Shown: positions 1 to 13,891 of the stretch, piece after piece
How positions within the stretch are numbered: position 1 is the stretch's first letter
Layout: every line of letters begins with the position of its first letter
Assembly (NCBI GenBank): GCA_965285935.1
Contig: OZ260666.1
Coordinates: forward strand, 69,316,001-69,380,000
From: Ophelia neglecta
Lineage: Eukaryota
Direction: 5' to 3'
DNA: 64,000 nt
Program-made: the position numbers and the translations under genes
Notes under the pieces: generated by a model
Told to the model about the DNA's origin: nothing
The model's database searches: none
Seen by the model: the letters and a program-made list of their open reading frames with translations, nothing else

Positions 1-856
1 CGTGGGTGGAAGCAATGATTGACGATGTTAATTTTTAGAGGCTTTTGATTGCTGTGTCAATAGTTACCAGTCCAGCCTCTCAGCAGGTGATAGCTTATAC
101 AGATGCCAGCGAGCGTTCACATCATTTGCCTTTGGTTATTTCGCGGTTATAATGGACATATCAGCAACTCATAATTCAACATCGAGATTATGGGGACATC
201 ACAGACTGCCCACAAAAAACTCTTTGGGTTTATCAAATGTCACACAAATAGTCACACATTGGCACAAGTTTGTAACGTTAGTATCTTTTTATACGCCCAT
301 GATTTAAGTGGGGTTTAAATGCATGGGCCGACGACCCTTTGGCAATCAAGCCATATTCTAAGCTTAATAGATGAATTACTAACACATGGTCGCCCATCAA
401 CGGCCATTGAAATGTTTTCATAACAGCTTACGTTTAACATTACTGAGCAATTAGATTTCAATTAGTTTTTTGTAAAAGAGTGTCTTGATGGCGCTCTGGC
501 CTGTTTCTGACATTTAGTGACGTAACCGCCGACTTTTACGACATTTGCACAGGACCCGTTTCTGATTGTCGTTATATTTACGCAGCGTCTGTTGGCGGTT
601 GTCAGATGAGACCACGAGGTGGTGACGGACGGCGATTAAAATGTAAAATAATAGCTCTAATCGATTTAACATGTACGTCAGCTGGCGAGACCCGGATGAG
701 GGAACAGAAGGGGCCGTGGGCGCTCGTATCTCAGCTCAAGGAGAATGTCCCTCGCAATGAGGCCTGTTTAGTCCTCCATATCATTGTAATAAGCTGAGGA
801 GTTTAACAGTATTCTGAAGAATCTTACTGATAGTTTTTATGGGAGACCCTATAATA

Positions 857-1032
857 CATCGAAACCTGCCTTAAAGACCACCTCTATATTCTGACCACCT
901 GCCAATAGAGACCACTAATATGAAGACCATAGTTTCCCTTTAATGTAAAATAACCTTTGTAAATAGACCACCTCCATAATCAGACCAGTATTTGCCAGTC
1001 CCTTGGGTGGTCTTACTTCACAGGTTTTACTG
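857..1032 (+). mobile_element. Tc1/mariner/pogo-type MITE, family A
   Basis: TA-flanked, degenerate CAGTGAAACCTG TIRs, internal GACCACC repeats, homologous to 11 other copies in the window. Confidence 0.85.
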
Positions 1033-1211
1033 TACTCCCTGATTGGTAGAATCATTCTCGTCGGTGTTGCCCAATTCACTCTTCTCATTTTGTCACTTAA
1101 GAGAAGGTCGCGGACCACGATGAATTGATTCTGACCACTTGAGGTGGACCGTACTGACAAGTGGCCAAATATGGAGAGGAGGGTCCGCTTCAAGAAACCT
1201 TCAGAGTCTAA

Positions 1212-1386
1212 TTGTGAAACCTGTCTATTCAGGTGCGTCAAGAGACTGGGAAAACTAACCACATTATGAAGTGGCCTTAATAGGCAGGTCTCTTAACTCA
1301 GGCATTAATTGGGAATGGGTTATCTTTAAGTGACCTAAGTGGACAGGTGACCTTATTACACAGGTGACCACAAACAGGTTTCACTC
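1212..1386. mobile_element. Tc1/mariner/pogo-type MITE, family B
   Basis: GTGAAACCTG...CAGGTTTCAC termini, internal CAGGTGACC repeats, homologous to 20468 and 36917. Confidence 0.75.
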
Positions 1387-1479
1387 TACAAGTGAGATTT
1401 TCAATTGATAGAACAAATCAGTGAAAAAAGGCAGCATCAGCGATAATTGTTCTTATACCGGGTTACCCCCTAAGTCCAG

Positions 1480-1696
1480 GGTCCGGTTTCCGGAAGGGGT
1501 CGTAAGTTTAGGGAGTAGATTAGCTTATTACCGATTACCTGAGACTTGTTTCAATTAATCAGGATTAAATTTAAGACCAAAATGGCCAGGTTTAATACCA
1601 AACCCAGTTTCCAGAAACCCTGATTAGCAGGTAAAGACAGATTGAATCTGTTTTTAATCCGACTTTAGAGTTAACAACGCTTCTAAAAACCGGACC
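1480..1696. mobile_element. PIF/Harbinger-like MITE
   Basis: TIR GGTCCGGTTT/AAACCGGACC, 3-bp CAG duplication on both sides, inverted homolog at 39223-39456. Confidence 0.7.
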
Positions 1697-3654
1697 CAGA
1701 TGATTACTACTAAGTGAGATTGTAGATTTCCGGAGAAATTACTATTTAAGTTTTAAAGCTTTTAGTTTTATGGCTTCTCCGACAAATTAAGAACCCCTGA
1801 AATAATCAAGACGGCACCATCCGCCATAACAACCTCACTGAGTGAGTCCATGCAGGGAGGATATTGTTGTCCTGGTACGTGCTACCCACCGAAGCCTACT
1901 TTTTTATCGGCTCTTTATGACCCCTGGTGTCTATTTCATCAATTTTGTTAAGATGACTACGGTGCACATTTCATCAATTCTCTAGTGACAAGGCTATTAT
2001 TTTCTCTCGGTTCTTCATGAAACTTAGGACAATCCAGAACTCCCCTTTTTACATTGATAAAATGACAAAACTAGTCAAAATGTGATCTCTAGTGCTGGCT
2101 CCAATTGGCCCGTTCAACCCCATCTCAACCCTAAATCCATATTTAAATCCATGGTGTAAATTTCTTTAAGCTACTTAAAAGTCTTTCAACTTGATCGTTC
2201 CATATTTTGGCTGGAACCAGAGTTCAGAGGTCATATTGATGTCGTCTGCTTTTACTCGGGGAAAGTGATGTTTGACTTCGAGGTTGCCTCTCGCACAATC
2301 TCGCGCGTGACGAGAGTGATAAGTGCAGATATGTTTCTTCTGAATGCCGTCTGATCTCTAATTGCCCAGATCACCTCCGACATGCATCTGGCGTCTTGCT
2401 GCGTTCCCGCCTGCCAAGGTCAAACAAATATTTGTCTGTCAGTTACCTTTCACCGAGGATGGTCCCGGGCAGATGTTAGACATTCTATCCGACATTCTAC
2501 TAAAGCTATATTACTATGGAGATATGCATTATCAATATCAATTGTCGGATTATAAGAAGGGTAGAAGGTGGTAGCCTTCTGTACTGGCTGTACGTGCTTA
2601 GCAGGGTGTAGGATGGTCCAAGGCCCCTCTGGAAGGGACATCCTACCCGTGCCCTTGCCTTAAATCCCCCCTCCCCCACACGCGCTCACCTTTAAGTATC
2701 CCTTTTAAGATTACTGCCCCTGAAATCTGACGTTAATCAAAAATAATGAAAACTGATATTTTACAGTTCCGGAAATCAGTCGTTTGCAGCCCAGAATTCA
2801 CTCCAAATTTATAGGAGAATGAGGCCCGATTCCTACACAATTTTTGGCTTTTGACTGAAAGTCAGTAACCATGTCATAACATGACAGATTTGACCAGTTA
2901 TTCGTTTGTTTATGGGTCGATGATGAGCAAGGGGGGTTTAAGCTATTGTCGCCGGGACTAATTCTACTCACTGCTCTAAATTCAATGATTGGAGATTGGT
3001 TGGTTGATTGTTTATTATATGTGACACAGTGTTTACATTTATAAGCATACAAAGTAAACCCTAAACAAACCAATTACACCAAGCCCTACTGGGCTTATTA
3101 GTCACCTGCAAATATGACATTTCATAAAAGGCAATAAGCAGGAGATTGTTCTCGACTTTACCCTCATTTTGGCTTATACTGTTTTAGAATTCGACTGGGA
3201 GCGGTTTATCTGTTCAGCCCAAACCATTAAGTTGCGAGGCTTAGAAACTTCGAACGATAGTTACGTAGCTTTAGTTTAAGAGCGCACAGATCATAATTAA
3301 AGAAATTTAAGAGTATGAAAACCGTATCCGCCTGTAAACTCATTGCCACCCGGTGCATTAATTGTCCTATAGGTACATGTATATGAAAGTCATCTAATCA
3401 GAACCATGTTATATCGAGCTCCTCATCAGACTTGTCGGTCTTAAACTTAAAATAGAACCTTTAAAGGCCCTTAGGCGCTGCTCGACAACGGCATTATCTA
3501 TGGACCGTGTCCTTATTTGCAGAAATCTCCAGTTTCACTCGGAAAATAACAGCGATATCGCTATAATGGCTGGCGGATGGAGGAATGGGTCGGGTGGGTC
3601 AGTTGGGCGTCTGCGGTTTGTACTCGCCTTGCCTTGACTAGCTACAAGTTGCCC

Positions 3655-4985
3655 AGGACCCAGAGGGCACCACGAGTTTTTGGGTGCCCCTACCAAAGAG
3701 GGCGCCACGGGTTTCGGGCTTGATTCCCCAGGCCCCAGGGAGCGTCATGGGGTATTTGGGGTGGATGCCCAAGACCCAAGGGTTCACCAAAGAGTTTTTG
3801 GGCTGGATGCAATAGGTTCCACAGAGCGCCTAGTGTTATTATGATGGATGCCCCAAAAACCAGAGGGCACCACGGATTTCGGGGTGAATCCTTCAGGCCC
3901 AAGAGGGCGCCAGGAGTTAAAAGGATGGATGCCCAAGGCCCTCGAGTGCAACAAGAGTTTTTGGGCAGGATGCCCTATATGACCTAAAGAGCGCAACAAG
4001 TTGTTGGGTTGGATACCCCATACACCAGAGGGCCCCACGAGTTGTTGGGTTGGATACCCCATACACCAGAGGGCCCCACGAGTTGTTGGGTTGGATACCC
4101 CATACACCAGAGGGCCCCACGAGTTGTTGGGTTGGATACCCCATACACCAGAGGGCTCCACGAGTTGTTGGGTTGGATACCCCATACACCAGAGGGCCCC
4201 ACGAGTTGTTGGGTTGGATACCCCATACACCAGAGGGCCCCACGAGTTGTTGGGTTGGATACCCCATACACCAGAGGGCCCCACGAGTTGTTGGGTTGGA
4301 TACCCCATACACCAGAGGGCCCCACGAGTTGTTGGGTTGGATACCCCATACACCAGAGGGCTCCACGAGTTGTTGGGTTGGATACCCCATACACCAGAGG
4401 GCCCCACGAGTTGTTGGGTTGGATACCCCATACACCAGAGGGCTCCACGAGTTTTTTGGGTTGGATACCCCATACACCAGAGGGCTCCACGTGTTGCTGG
4501 GTTGGATACCCCATACACCAGAGGGCCCCACGAGTTGTTGGGTTGGATACCCCATACACCAGAGGGCCCCACGAGTTGTTGGGTTGGATACCCCATACAC
4601 CAGAGGTCCCCACGAGTTGTTGGGTTGGATACCCCATACACCAGAGGGCCCCACGAGTTGTTGGGTTGGATACCCCATACACCAGAGGGCCCCACGAGTT
4701 GTTGGGTTGGATACCCCATACACCAGAGGGCCCCACGAGTTGTTGGGTTGGATACCCCATACACCAGAGGGCTCCACGAGTTGTTGGGTTGGATACCCCA
4801 TACACCAGAGGGCTCCACGTGTTTTTGGGTGAATCCTCCAGGCTCCAATGTACATCAAGAGTTCTTGGGCTGGATGTCTTAGGACCCAGAGAGCGCTGGG
4901 AGCTTCTGAATTTAATGCCCCCAGCTTCTCCCTGGTGGGGCACACCGACGCTACCAGCACTGGGGGCTCTTTGGTGTCCCCATCT
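3655..4985. repeat. 41-bp minisatellite (~20 near-perfect units 3998-4820, degenerate units on both flanks)
   Basis: Unit GAGTTGTTGGGTTGGATACCCCATACACCAGAGGGCCCCAC, no spacers. Confidence 0.97.
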
Positions 4986-7900
4986 GGATGGAAGCGCCCA
5001 AACTAGACCATCCAAGCTGAACCTTAGCAGCCATGTATGAGCATTCTAAATCCGCCCCCTGGCGACGGTTTAGGGTAAGTGATTTCCAAGTCGGTCAGAA
5101 ATTAGCATCGATTTCCGATGGCGCTGAACGCGAGCGATAATTAAGGAATATTAAGTTGCATATTGCAGCCGCCTGTGATGGCAGATTATATATTTAGTAC
5201 AAATGACCCCTGGCGAAAGTCATCAGCCAAGCTGACCTTGAACCCTGGCGTTCCTCGGATGGAATTAACTTAGGGCACAGACTAGAGCGTTGGTCTCTTA
5301 TCACTGTCGTATCGAAGGTCTATGAATGGGTAGTCCGCTTCCACCTGTGAGTTATGGGCCCTTTAGGGAGGCGTCTCTTCCAGAGGGGCAGGCGTTGGTT
5401 AGGGGGAGAGGGGGAGGGTGGGTTAGCCCATTCGAATAAGCACTGGTAATACAATAGCGGTCATGACCGCAGTGGATGAATATATCCGACAATCCTTTAT
5501 CATGGTGTGACCTTGTGTTTAAATCTAATGTATTAATAGAAAACGTCTGATGTTTAAAAGTGTCCAATTCATTTTGTTCAATCGAAATTGCCCCGAAGCC
5601 GGAATCTTATTTCTTCAGCCCTGTCTGGCGTCTTTGCCCTGAAGCCAAGATAAATAGTTGCTTGATTTGACTTGTGACAATATTATAACCCGTTTGTGTT
5701 AGCCTAAATTTGACATGTGTATTTGTCCTGGTGTAATCTCTTGTGGGAGTCAACTAGGCTGATTGAATAGTAATCATAGACTCGTATAACCAATTCCACG
5801 AGCCGCATGCGTATTATATGCGCCTCTCATTTGATCTAATACCTTTATGATGGAGAGTGTTTTTACAGACAGTTCTTTCTATTTGCTGTTTTGAATGTTC
5901 ATTGCAGGAATGTTTTGATAGAAAATGATATTTATGGCATTTGATCACTCAAGCAACGCAGAATTACTGATAACAACTTGTAAAGCATGCCGCAATTATT
6001 GTTATTTAAGATTGTGAATCTTAACAATACAGGCTTGATGCTGTAGTAATACAGCCTTTGTCACCATAAATATTAAGTTGAACAAATATTGTCGCAAAGT
6101 TTTTAGCCACAACGAATGAAAGACTTTAACAGTATACGTCAAATGATTCCCCCATTAAAAGTAAAGTGCAGCCTTCTGATGTTTTTCGTTGTCGTCTGCT
6201 TTGGATCTTAACTTACACAGGCCCAGTCGCAAGATACGGTTTGCTGAGTCCCCGCCTGCCCCGTACTCGTAAGAGAGGGTGGTAGGGAGGACTCCTCTTT
6301 AGAAGACGCGCTCTGGAGTAACTTGCAGAGATCTATCCATGAGCTCAAGGATGTTCTATGGCCCAGTGTCTTAGTACTTTATTGTGCCTTTAAAAAACTA
6401 AAATGCGTATAGAAAGGTCAATTGGCCCATAGAAAAATCCTGTGCCAACAGAAAACCCAAGCCCATAGAAAGATCTCTGACAAATCTTATGCCCTAGTGC
6501 CCATAATGAAACCTCAATAAAGCCCTCTTACCCATTGATAGTGATGGGTCCATCGAAAGGACGCGTGCTAAATATGGACCCGTGCCCACTCTAAATGGGC
6601 CAATTTCAAGCCCATAGGCCCATCGAAACACCCCGAACCCATAGAAGGCCACGTTACCCCCAGAAGGACCCGTACACATTCCATAGGCCTTACCTCTTTA
6701 ATCCCGCCACTATTGAGTGCGGTCCTCTAGACATACACGTACCCCGGTTATTAGTTCCGCCCTGTCTAGTCCATGCTAGTGGTGTCGCCTACGCCCCCTT
6801 GTGACAGCCGATCGATAACGATGGACACGGGACCTAATTTGATTATTTTCCTGATAAATGATCTCACGCTATCTGTCGGAGTCCAGTCTCATCTGAGGGA
6901 TGGGTCTTCGTGGCAATTGTCCGAATAATGGCAGCTGAGATTGGAAAGCCTTCACAGATTTTTGGATGAAAATGATGACTTGGTAAAGAGTGGAGAATTC
7001 CTGAGTACCAGCCGGAAGTAACATTACCTGCGCACCCATTACCGTACATAGTGAGATAAGGTTCACGAAATGTTCCTGCTCACATAAATATGTACGGGTT
7101 GTCATACTTACCTTATTATGGGATATTAAAGTTATGGTTTATTATTGTTCGTATTGTGCAGCTGGTAAAGTAGATTATCGCTTAGGGATTTTCTTCTAGT
7201 CAACCCGTCTCCCGCTACCCCCTACCCCACCCCAAATTCCTAATCATGGTGCGACACTTTACGGCTGGATATCAATTTTCTTTACTGCTTCCCTGCCCCG
7301 TTTGCAATGTCATTAAAGCATCTAAGTTATGAAATAGAACGTGTCATTGACATTGTAAAAAAAAACTGTTCAAAAGCTATGTTATTACTTTAGTAGGCCT
7401 ATAACCTGTCAGTATTATTTACATAGAATTACAGCAGGAATTTTTACTAACATTCGTACGCTTATGAACTAGGCCTTCATGTACATTTCGCAAGCAAATG
7501 GGCCAACTTCTAAACTTCAACACTATTTAAAACGCATTTCATTCACATTTCTCTGCATCTTTTGTTGATATTTGGCAGAAAATAGAAGGTTTTGTTGTAA
7601 ACGAGATCAAATAATATGGCCACTGTCCCGCCGTTGGTCGCTTGCCCTCCGGATATAGTTAGTTAGCTCGGGGGACGCGGCACGTTTGACATATTGCCAA
7701 TCAGCGATAGAGCACGGACCCTACAAGGTCAAACTGCGAACCTGACAAGGTCAAACTGCGCTCGAGTATACACACATAGCTGGCATCCAGCTTGGTGAAA
7801 ATAATTAGGTGTGGAGTTTGCCACACTAGGTAGGGAAAGGTAGCATGAAAACGATTAGCCAGACTGGCAACTGCCTTAACCTTTATCCAAAATATAATTA

Positions 7901-8540
7901 ACTCCTTAATCTCAAACAAACGTAATCTAAACCACCAATCAAACTTTAATAAAACTCCACAAATCCTAATCTAATGACTAACAGAAAAAACGAAAATCCT
8001 TAACAGGGGGCGCCACATCTGTGTTATGCTTTGTTAGTCCACCTATGCCACTTTCTCTGATGTGACGCCGATAAATATTGAATTGATCCGAATTTATAGG
8101 ATGTAAAGATAGAGTATATTAGTTAGACTAGGTATAGAAAACTCCAAACTCCTAAACAATAAAAACACTAATAATGCAACTACGTGTAAAAAAAGGACAA
8201 AATTGAATAACTATCACTTGCAATAAGAAGTAGTTTTCCATGATGCGATTCCTCATTAGTATGCAAGGACCATTACATCCTTATCTTGTCTCGTGTTTAT
8301 TTTATCTGTAGTGTCCAATGTTGAGAAAGCTTAGCCCACCATAGGCTGTACTGGGGCTTATTTTACCAGTGTCGTACGTTGACCACTGATCCATTTGTTT
8401 AATGTTCCTGACTCGCATCATTGAAAAATGATGATTAATTCTAATTGCAAGTGATATCAAAGTTATTTTTCTTTTTTATTTGTATTACAAGTTGATGAAC
8501 TATTTGGGAGATGAGATTGATGTATGCGGACCTGTGGCTG

Positions 8541-8754
8541 CAGTGGCGGATTCAGGGGGGGGGGGGGCAGGGCAGGGGCCCCGGCCCCTCCTTTTTGCCA
8601 AAAAGTGGGCCTGGAACAAGGCCCATTTCAGGACCCACGCAAGGTGGTTTCAGAGGGTTCGGAACAGGGACAATCCAGACCTTGCCTTGTCAGGCTTGTA
8701 AAATTTGCCCCTCACCCCCACCCCCTCCTTCCTGAAATTCTGGATCCGCCACTG
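8541..8754 (+). mobile_element. CAGTGGCGGAT-ended MITE (hAT/Tip100-like termini), 5-bp TSD GGCTG
   Basis: TIR CAGTGGCGGATTCAG / CTGGATCCGCCACTG. GGCTG lies on both sides, while a paralogous uninterrupted segment near 11115 has a single GGCTG. Confidence 0.88.
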
Positions 8755-9039
8755 GGCTGCTTGTTCTTGATGATTTCGTACCTATTTATTGGACTTCTCT
8801 CGTTTATTGATTTTGCTTTCCCTGCCAGGTATCCAATCCCGTTTATCAATCCATAAGTTGGTAAATGTCGTTATTCTGGGATGTGCCATCGCCGAAACCA
8901 AATTGAGTTCGTTTCGCTGATGAGGTAAATTCATTATCGAGCACATTATATGCAGCAAATAGTTTCTAATAGCGACTCGATATCAAAATTCAAACAACCC
9001 GTCGAGGCTTGCATAATGTATTAGATGATTTAATAACTG

Positions 9040-9350
9040 GAAACTGGCAGCTTAATTCTTCAGACCTGGAAGAACGTGGTAATGAACGGGATGAACTAAT
9101 CATAGCGAGTCCATACTGGAGACATCATTGGCCATTAATTCGTTTAGTGTCCATGTTAACTGATATTAACAAGTTGGTCAATGGCATTTTCGGGTCGAGT
9201 TTAGATACTCTAATAGGAAGCCCAGTGCAGCCCTGGTCGGAATTGATGGGAACAAACTTGGGTACATTCTACAAAGCCAGGATGCTATTGCAAACGCCAC
9301 AAGTTGCTCGCCGAGTTATTGACCAGCAAGTAGTATCCATTAGTAGTTTC
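9040..9350 (-). pseudogene. Decayed Penelope-like reverse transcriptase fragment
   Basis: Manual minus-strand translation across stops and frameshifts gives VNNS...SILAL*NV/PSLFPSIPTRAALGFLLEYL and INGQ*CLQYGLAMISS. These match Penelope RT motifs (SxDVxSLFxxIP; FxGxxYxQxxGxAMGS) in the correct order. Confidence 0.55.
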
Positions 9351-10829
9351 CGGTATTAATGCCCTTCACTATCACTTTCTGTTTGCTAATGCTTTATTGC
9401 CAGGAGCTTGCAGTGTTTTCTCTCTCTCTCCTCCTAAAATTTACTTGAAATATTGAACGTAAGTAACTCTGCCATGAATTCCCCAGATATATATTATATC
9501 AATCCCGCTGTTCACATCACCAAATACTTTTTTCTGATGAAACCTCTGCTAAAAATAAAATTGAATACTGTCTGAAAACCATTGGCTACCATCACGATAT
9601 AGAAAACATTTGGATAATTCCGCGGAACACTCAGACATAACCATACATCTTTCTTTAACTCTCATCCTCAGACCACCCTCGCCTGTAGCACCTGGCTGAG
9701 AAAACCATAAAATCACACCTTTTCCAAATCTCTCCATATTTGACCAGTCTGATACAAAACTGTGGGTATCATTTTCTTCGCTAAAAGCCCGAATGTTCAT
9801 TCTTGGCATTCTCACTGACTATTGAGAGGCCTAATCGCTCCTGTAGCAATTCAACCCCTACCTACCCATTTGATCAATTTTCAATGTGGATGGGCAGTTA
9901 CCGGCAAGGTTTGTATTGTGAGATTTGGTCCGTAAATGACCTATTTGCGTGTTTTGTGGTTGACCATCACTGACAACTCGTTTAAAGTTCTGTTTTTATC
10001 ACTAACACCTGTCTAGTCAACACAGGAAAGTCCAGGTGCCGGTCACAGATTTAAAGGAAGTTGGCCAGTGGTCTATTGAAGTAGTTTGTACCCTTACTGT
10101 GACCCCACGGCCGGCACTCACACTTCGAAAAAATTCTATGCAAGGGATATTGCACTTTTTTAAAGCTACACAGAGGTGTTAAAATGAACCACAGGCGAAT
10201 TTGTTTTAATCACTTTAAGGAGCCCAGTTTCTTAACCTGTTGATCATGAACGCCCAACCGAACTACATGTCTAGATTGTAGTGGGCCTATGTTGCGAATG
10301 AGTTTAATATTTCCATCCGAAGGTCTGACATTTATTGGAGCCATAACTTAGCAGGTGTAATACCTTTTTTATCATTACCCACAACACACTGCTGCATTTG
10401 ATAACAGTGTGCCCAGGCTTATCTAATCAATGTTTAATATTAACGTTAACCATTTAAGATCAATAAATGTATTATATTATTTTTTTTAATTTAATTGACA
10501 AACATTCTTTTAAGTGTATATAGAATTGCTTGCTGCCCGGTCAGTTTCAAAACAGCGATGTTACCGTTTTCCCGATGCATTCTCATAGGGCCCAAAAACA
10601 TTCATCTTAAGGAACATATGTTAGTTATGAGGAAGGAATATGTATCGCAGTGGGCATGGTTTCTCATGGTTCGAACTGTATAATAGAAGGTTTATACAAA
10701 TACCCATTGTAATAAGAAATCATCAAATCCTGGACTGTTTTCTTCAACTTGAACGACTTCATTTATTAACATTAGTCATATGTTTACTAGGGATGAGATG
10801 TTGAATTATGTTTGGTTACTTCTGATCCG

Positions 10830-11140
10830 AATATAGCGTAACTTTGGTCTAGTGTTTATTAAGAATATTTCCCTTTTAGTCTCTAAAATCATGAGAGAGC
10901 TTAGACCATCAACTAACACCATCTCTTATGGTATGTTTCATATAAGTCTTGCGTTGAAAACTAACCGGTTTAATTCGTGCTCTGACTCGCATCATGGGAA
11001 ACTGTTAACTATACTTCTTATTGCAAGTGTTACCAATATGATATTTTCATTTCTATTTGCATTGCAAGTTAATTTACTGTTTGGGAGGCTGGGGATTGTT
11101 GTATGGTGGCCTTTGGCTGCAGGTTCCTGGTGATTTCGCC
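10830..11140 (-). pseudogene. Repeat segment, possibly a Penelope GIY-YIG endonuclease remnant; paralogs at 8405-8780 (direct) and ~8200-8250 (inverted)
   Basis: Shared GACTCGCATCAT...ATTGCAAGTG...TTTGGGAG...TGGCTGC...TGATTTCG sequence. Minus-strand fragments TCN..NII..TCNKKY and ILETKREIFLINTRPKL only weakly resemble GIY-YIG. Confidence 0.35.
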
Positions 11141-12964
11141 TGATAAAATAGACTATTCACGATAGATTGTTTTGTTTTGTCTGTCGTGTATCCAATCTCA
11201 TTATTATGTCTTGCATGCTCATAAAAACAGCAGCTGGTATCAGATGTGGGCGTTATTTTACAAGTTACCATATTGGGCCGACTATTTGCAAGCTCATATG
11301 AAACAACAATAACCAGGGAATGTTACCCTAAGAGCTGCCATATTCCGTCATGCAGGAATATGCTTAATTGTCCAGAAATGATGACATTTTAGCTGCTCTT
11401 AGTCAAATCATTAGTCAAGATTTGTCCAGCAAATAAATCAGATGACCTTATCCCCGGGGCCTCTTTCCTTGTGAGAAGCCACAAACGCTCAAGCTTGCAT
11501 TTACTTGCTCAAAACGAAACATCGGTATTTTGCTAGCTCTTAAGGAAATGTCCATTGCTCAGGTACCTTCCGCTATGAGCAACCACCCCGGTGTATATTT
11601 TCCTCGGAACTCTCTCGTACTTTTTTCCGCGGAGTAATGGCTCCTCGTTTACCGAGGTTATTCTGAACTTTAGATAACAGAGAGAATAAATAGCAGAGGT
11701 TCAATATTTATTGGGGTAAACTTTGATCAAGCTATACCAATATGAAAAAGCCTAGTGAAATCTGACACCTTACATGTGTATGTCAATCACTCATATATCT
11801 TTATAAGGATTTTCCGCGGAAAGTTCGGACGCCCGGCCCACCAAGGTTTATTAAGTGTTAATTTGTTCGTGGGGAAACGGCATTAGTTTAGGAATACGAT
11901 TGCCGAAGAGGAAATAATTCTTATTTGGGCATATATATTAACCCAAATAGGAACTTGCTTACATTTCAATCAGAATATTAAGGAACAGAATATAAATTCT
12001 AGCATTCAGCCCTCGGCCGAGGCAAAATTGCTATACATGCAACTAAAGCTGAGAGACTGTGGTATAGGGAGTTTCTACTGGATTGTTGTATTGTTAGGGG
12101 TGTCGAGACTGGTATATATAGATATGATTATTTTCAATGAAGTCATCGTAGACTCGTACATTGGACAGTCGTTGTAGAGATACATTATGGCATCGGGAGA
12201 AAATAATGCAATGCAATTAATACATTAAATACTCGAAGTATTCGCAATTCACTGGACAGCACACCAAAACATAGACCCCATATGTCAACTGGCACTCTTA
12301 TCAGCATATACACCTATTATATCCTACACTGCAATATTATAGTTAATTTTATGTATTTAAAGAGCTTTTTTGATAAAGAGTAGATATATATAGGAATATA
12401 TCTGAAGATCACCTCATTTCCACAAGTCTTATGCTATCGAAGGCTAGCATAAACGACATTCCTAGCATAACGACACAATGTCTGAAATATACACCCCGGT
12501 AACCATAGCGACACAATTGTCTCTTTAGTGAACTCGAAACGCCTGCAAAATGTATGATAAGTCGATAACAATGAATATATGATTACCGGGCGAGGATCCT
12601 GTGTGACCTGGACCGCGGCCAGGCCATGGTCGGGTGACACAGACGGTCCAAACAGATAAGGGGTGTGTTTCTTCGTAGTGGAACACGCCTTCAAGTATAT
12701 ATATACATATATATATGTATTTATATAACATTAATCATCCATATTATAATAATATAGCTAGGAATGACACCCACATATCATGTCCCGCCCTCAATACGCT
12801 TATCTATCACAAACATAAGTTGAGGTTTTGTATACCAATAGATTTGTTTACAAGTTGAACGTTAGTTAGAGACGACATGAGATGAACTATTGCGTCCCTA
12901 TTTTTGTATACTTGAAATCAAAAAGGTCACCCTGGAATAGATACAAAGCAGAAATAAGACTAAA

Positions 12965-13048
12965 AGGAACCCATATTAGCAAGTTAAGGCCGATTAAGCA
13001 CTTTTATCCTGATTATAAGAGCTAAGACGACTTACAGAAACCGGGCCC
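12965..13048. mobile_element. Partial copy of the Harbinger-like MITE
   Basis: Ends in GAAACCGGGCCC and resembles the right half of 1480-1696. Confidence 0.5.
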
Positions 13049-13891
13049 ACAGGATTATTCACTGCTAATTCTCAGACACCCTATCCAGCACACTCGAGAG
13101 TAATTCGGAGAGAACTGTTTTAGTCAAGTCCATGTTTATAAAATGGACGTTTATTACAATCTTAAAGCTATACTTATTATTTATCTAAGGGTTATACTTA
13201 TTAACTGATTGTAACTTCCTTTAACCCAATTATTTCATCACGTTTCTTTTGTTAAGAATATGCTTATATTTTACGTGCTCTTTTATACATAATGACAATA
13301 AGATTTATTAATATTAGATAGCTAATCATCTGTTCGATTGTCTTATAGTGTAAATGACATTACAGCGGCTGTTATATATGAAAACATGCACTTTTTGTTA
13401 TTCCTTGGCGCTGTCTGCCTTAAAACTGCAATGTTTAAATAGTGGTAGGTCAATTTATTGCTAGATATTTCCACTTGCTACACCGGTAGCTGATGAAAGA
13501 ACTAAATATTGCAGCTTTCAAATGCACTACGCTCTCAAACCTTTTGATAAACCTCTTTTGAAAATTTTAAATTATATATGTTAAGGAAAGCTATAAGTTA
13601 AGTGTATTTTAATGTCTGTCTCATTACCAGCGAGCTGGTACAGCGATAAAAACTCAATAGACTTTAATTGTAGGGCGGTTTGATGAATATTTGCAATTAA
13701 AAGCTGTTAACTTTTTATAAAATCTGCCTCATAAAACGAATGTCAAGTTTCCAAAAGTTCTTAGCTACTTAGCGAGGTGAATGTGATAAATGTTTAAGTG
13801 CATACTTAACGTTTCCTTGAGCATGGTTACACAAAGATTCTGTATCATTGAATTTATGACAAGAAATAAATAGGTGAGTTTACATATATGT

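Noticed and set aside
3784-5040. Six overlapping 260-354-aa ORFs in all frames
   Set aside because: Artefact of a stop-free 41-bp unit; three units give a 41-aa pseudo-repeat in every frame. No gene context.
8910-8945. CTGATGA core suggesting a Penelope hammerhead ribozyme
   Set aside because: No correctly placed stem II and GAAA downstream; other CTGATGA sites (9534, 24713, 47037) also fail
9009-9359. 116-aa plus-strand ORF
   Set aside because: No recognisable domain; it is antisense to the decayed Penelope-like RT motifs
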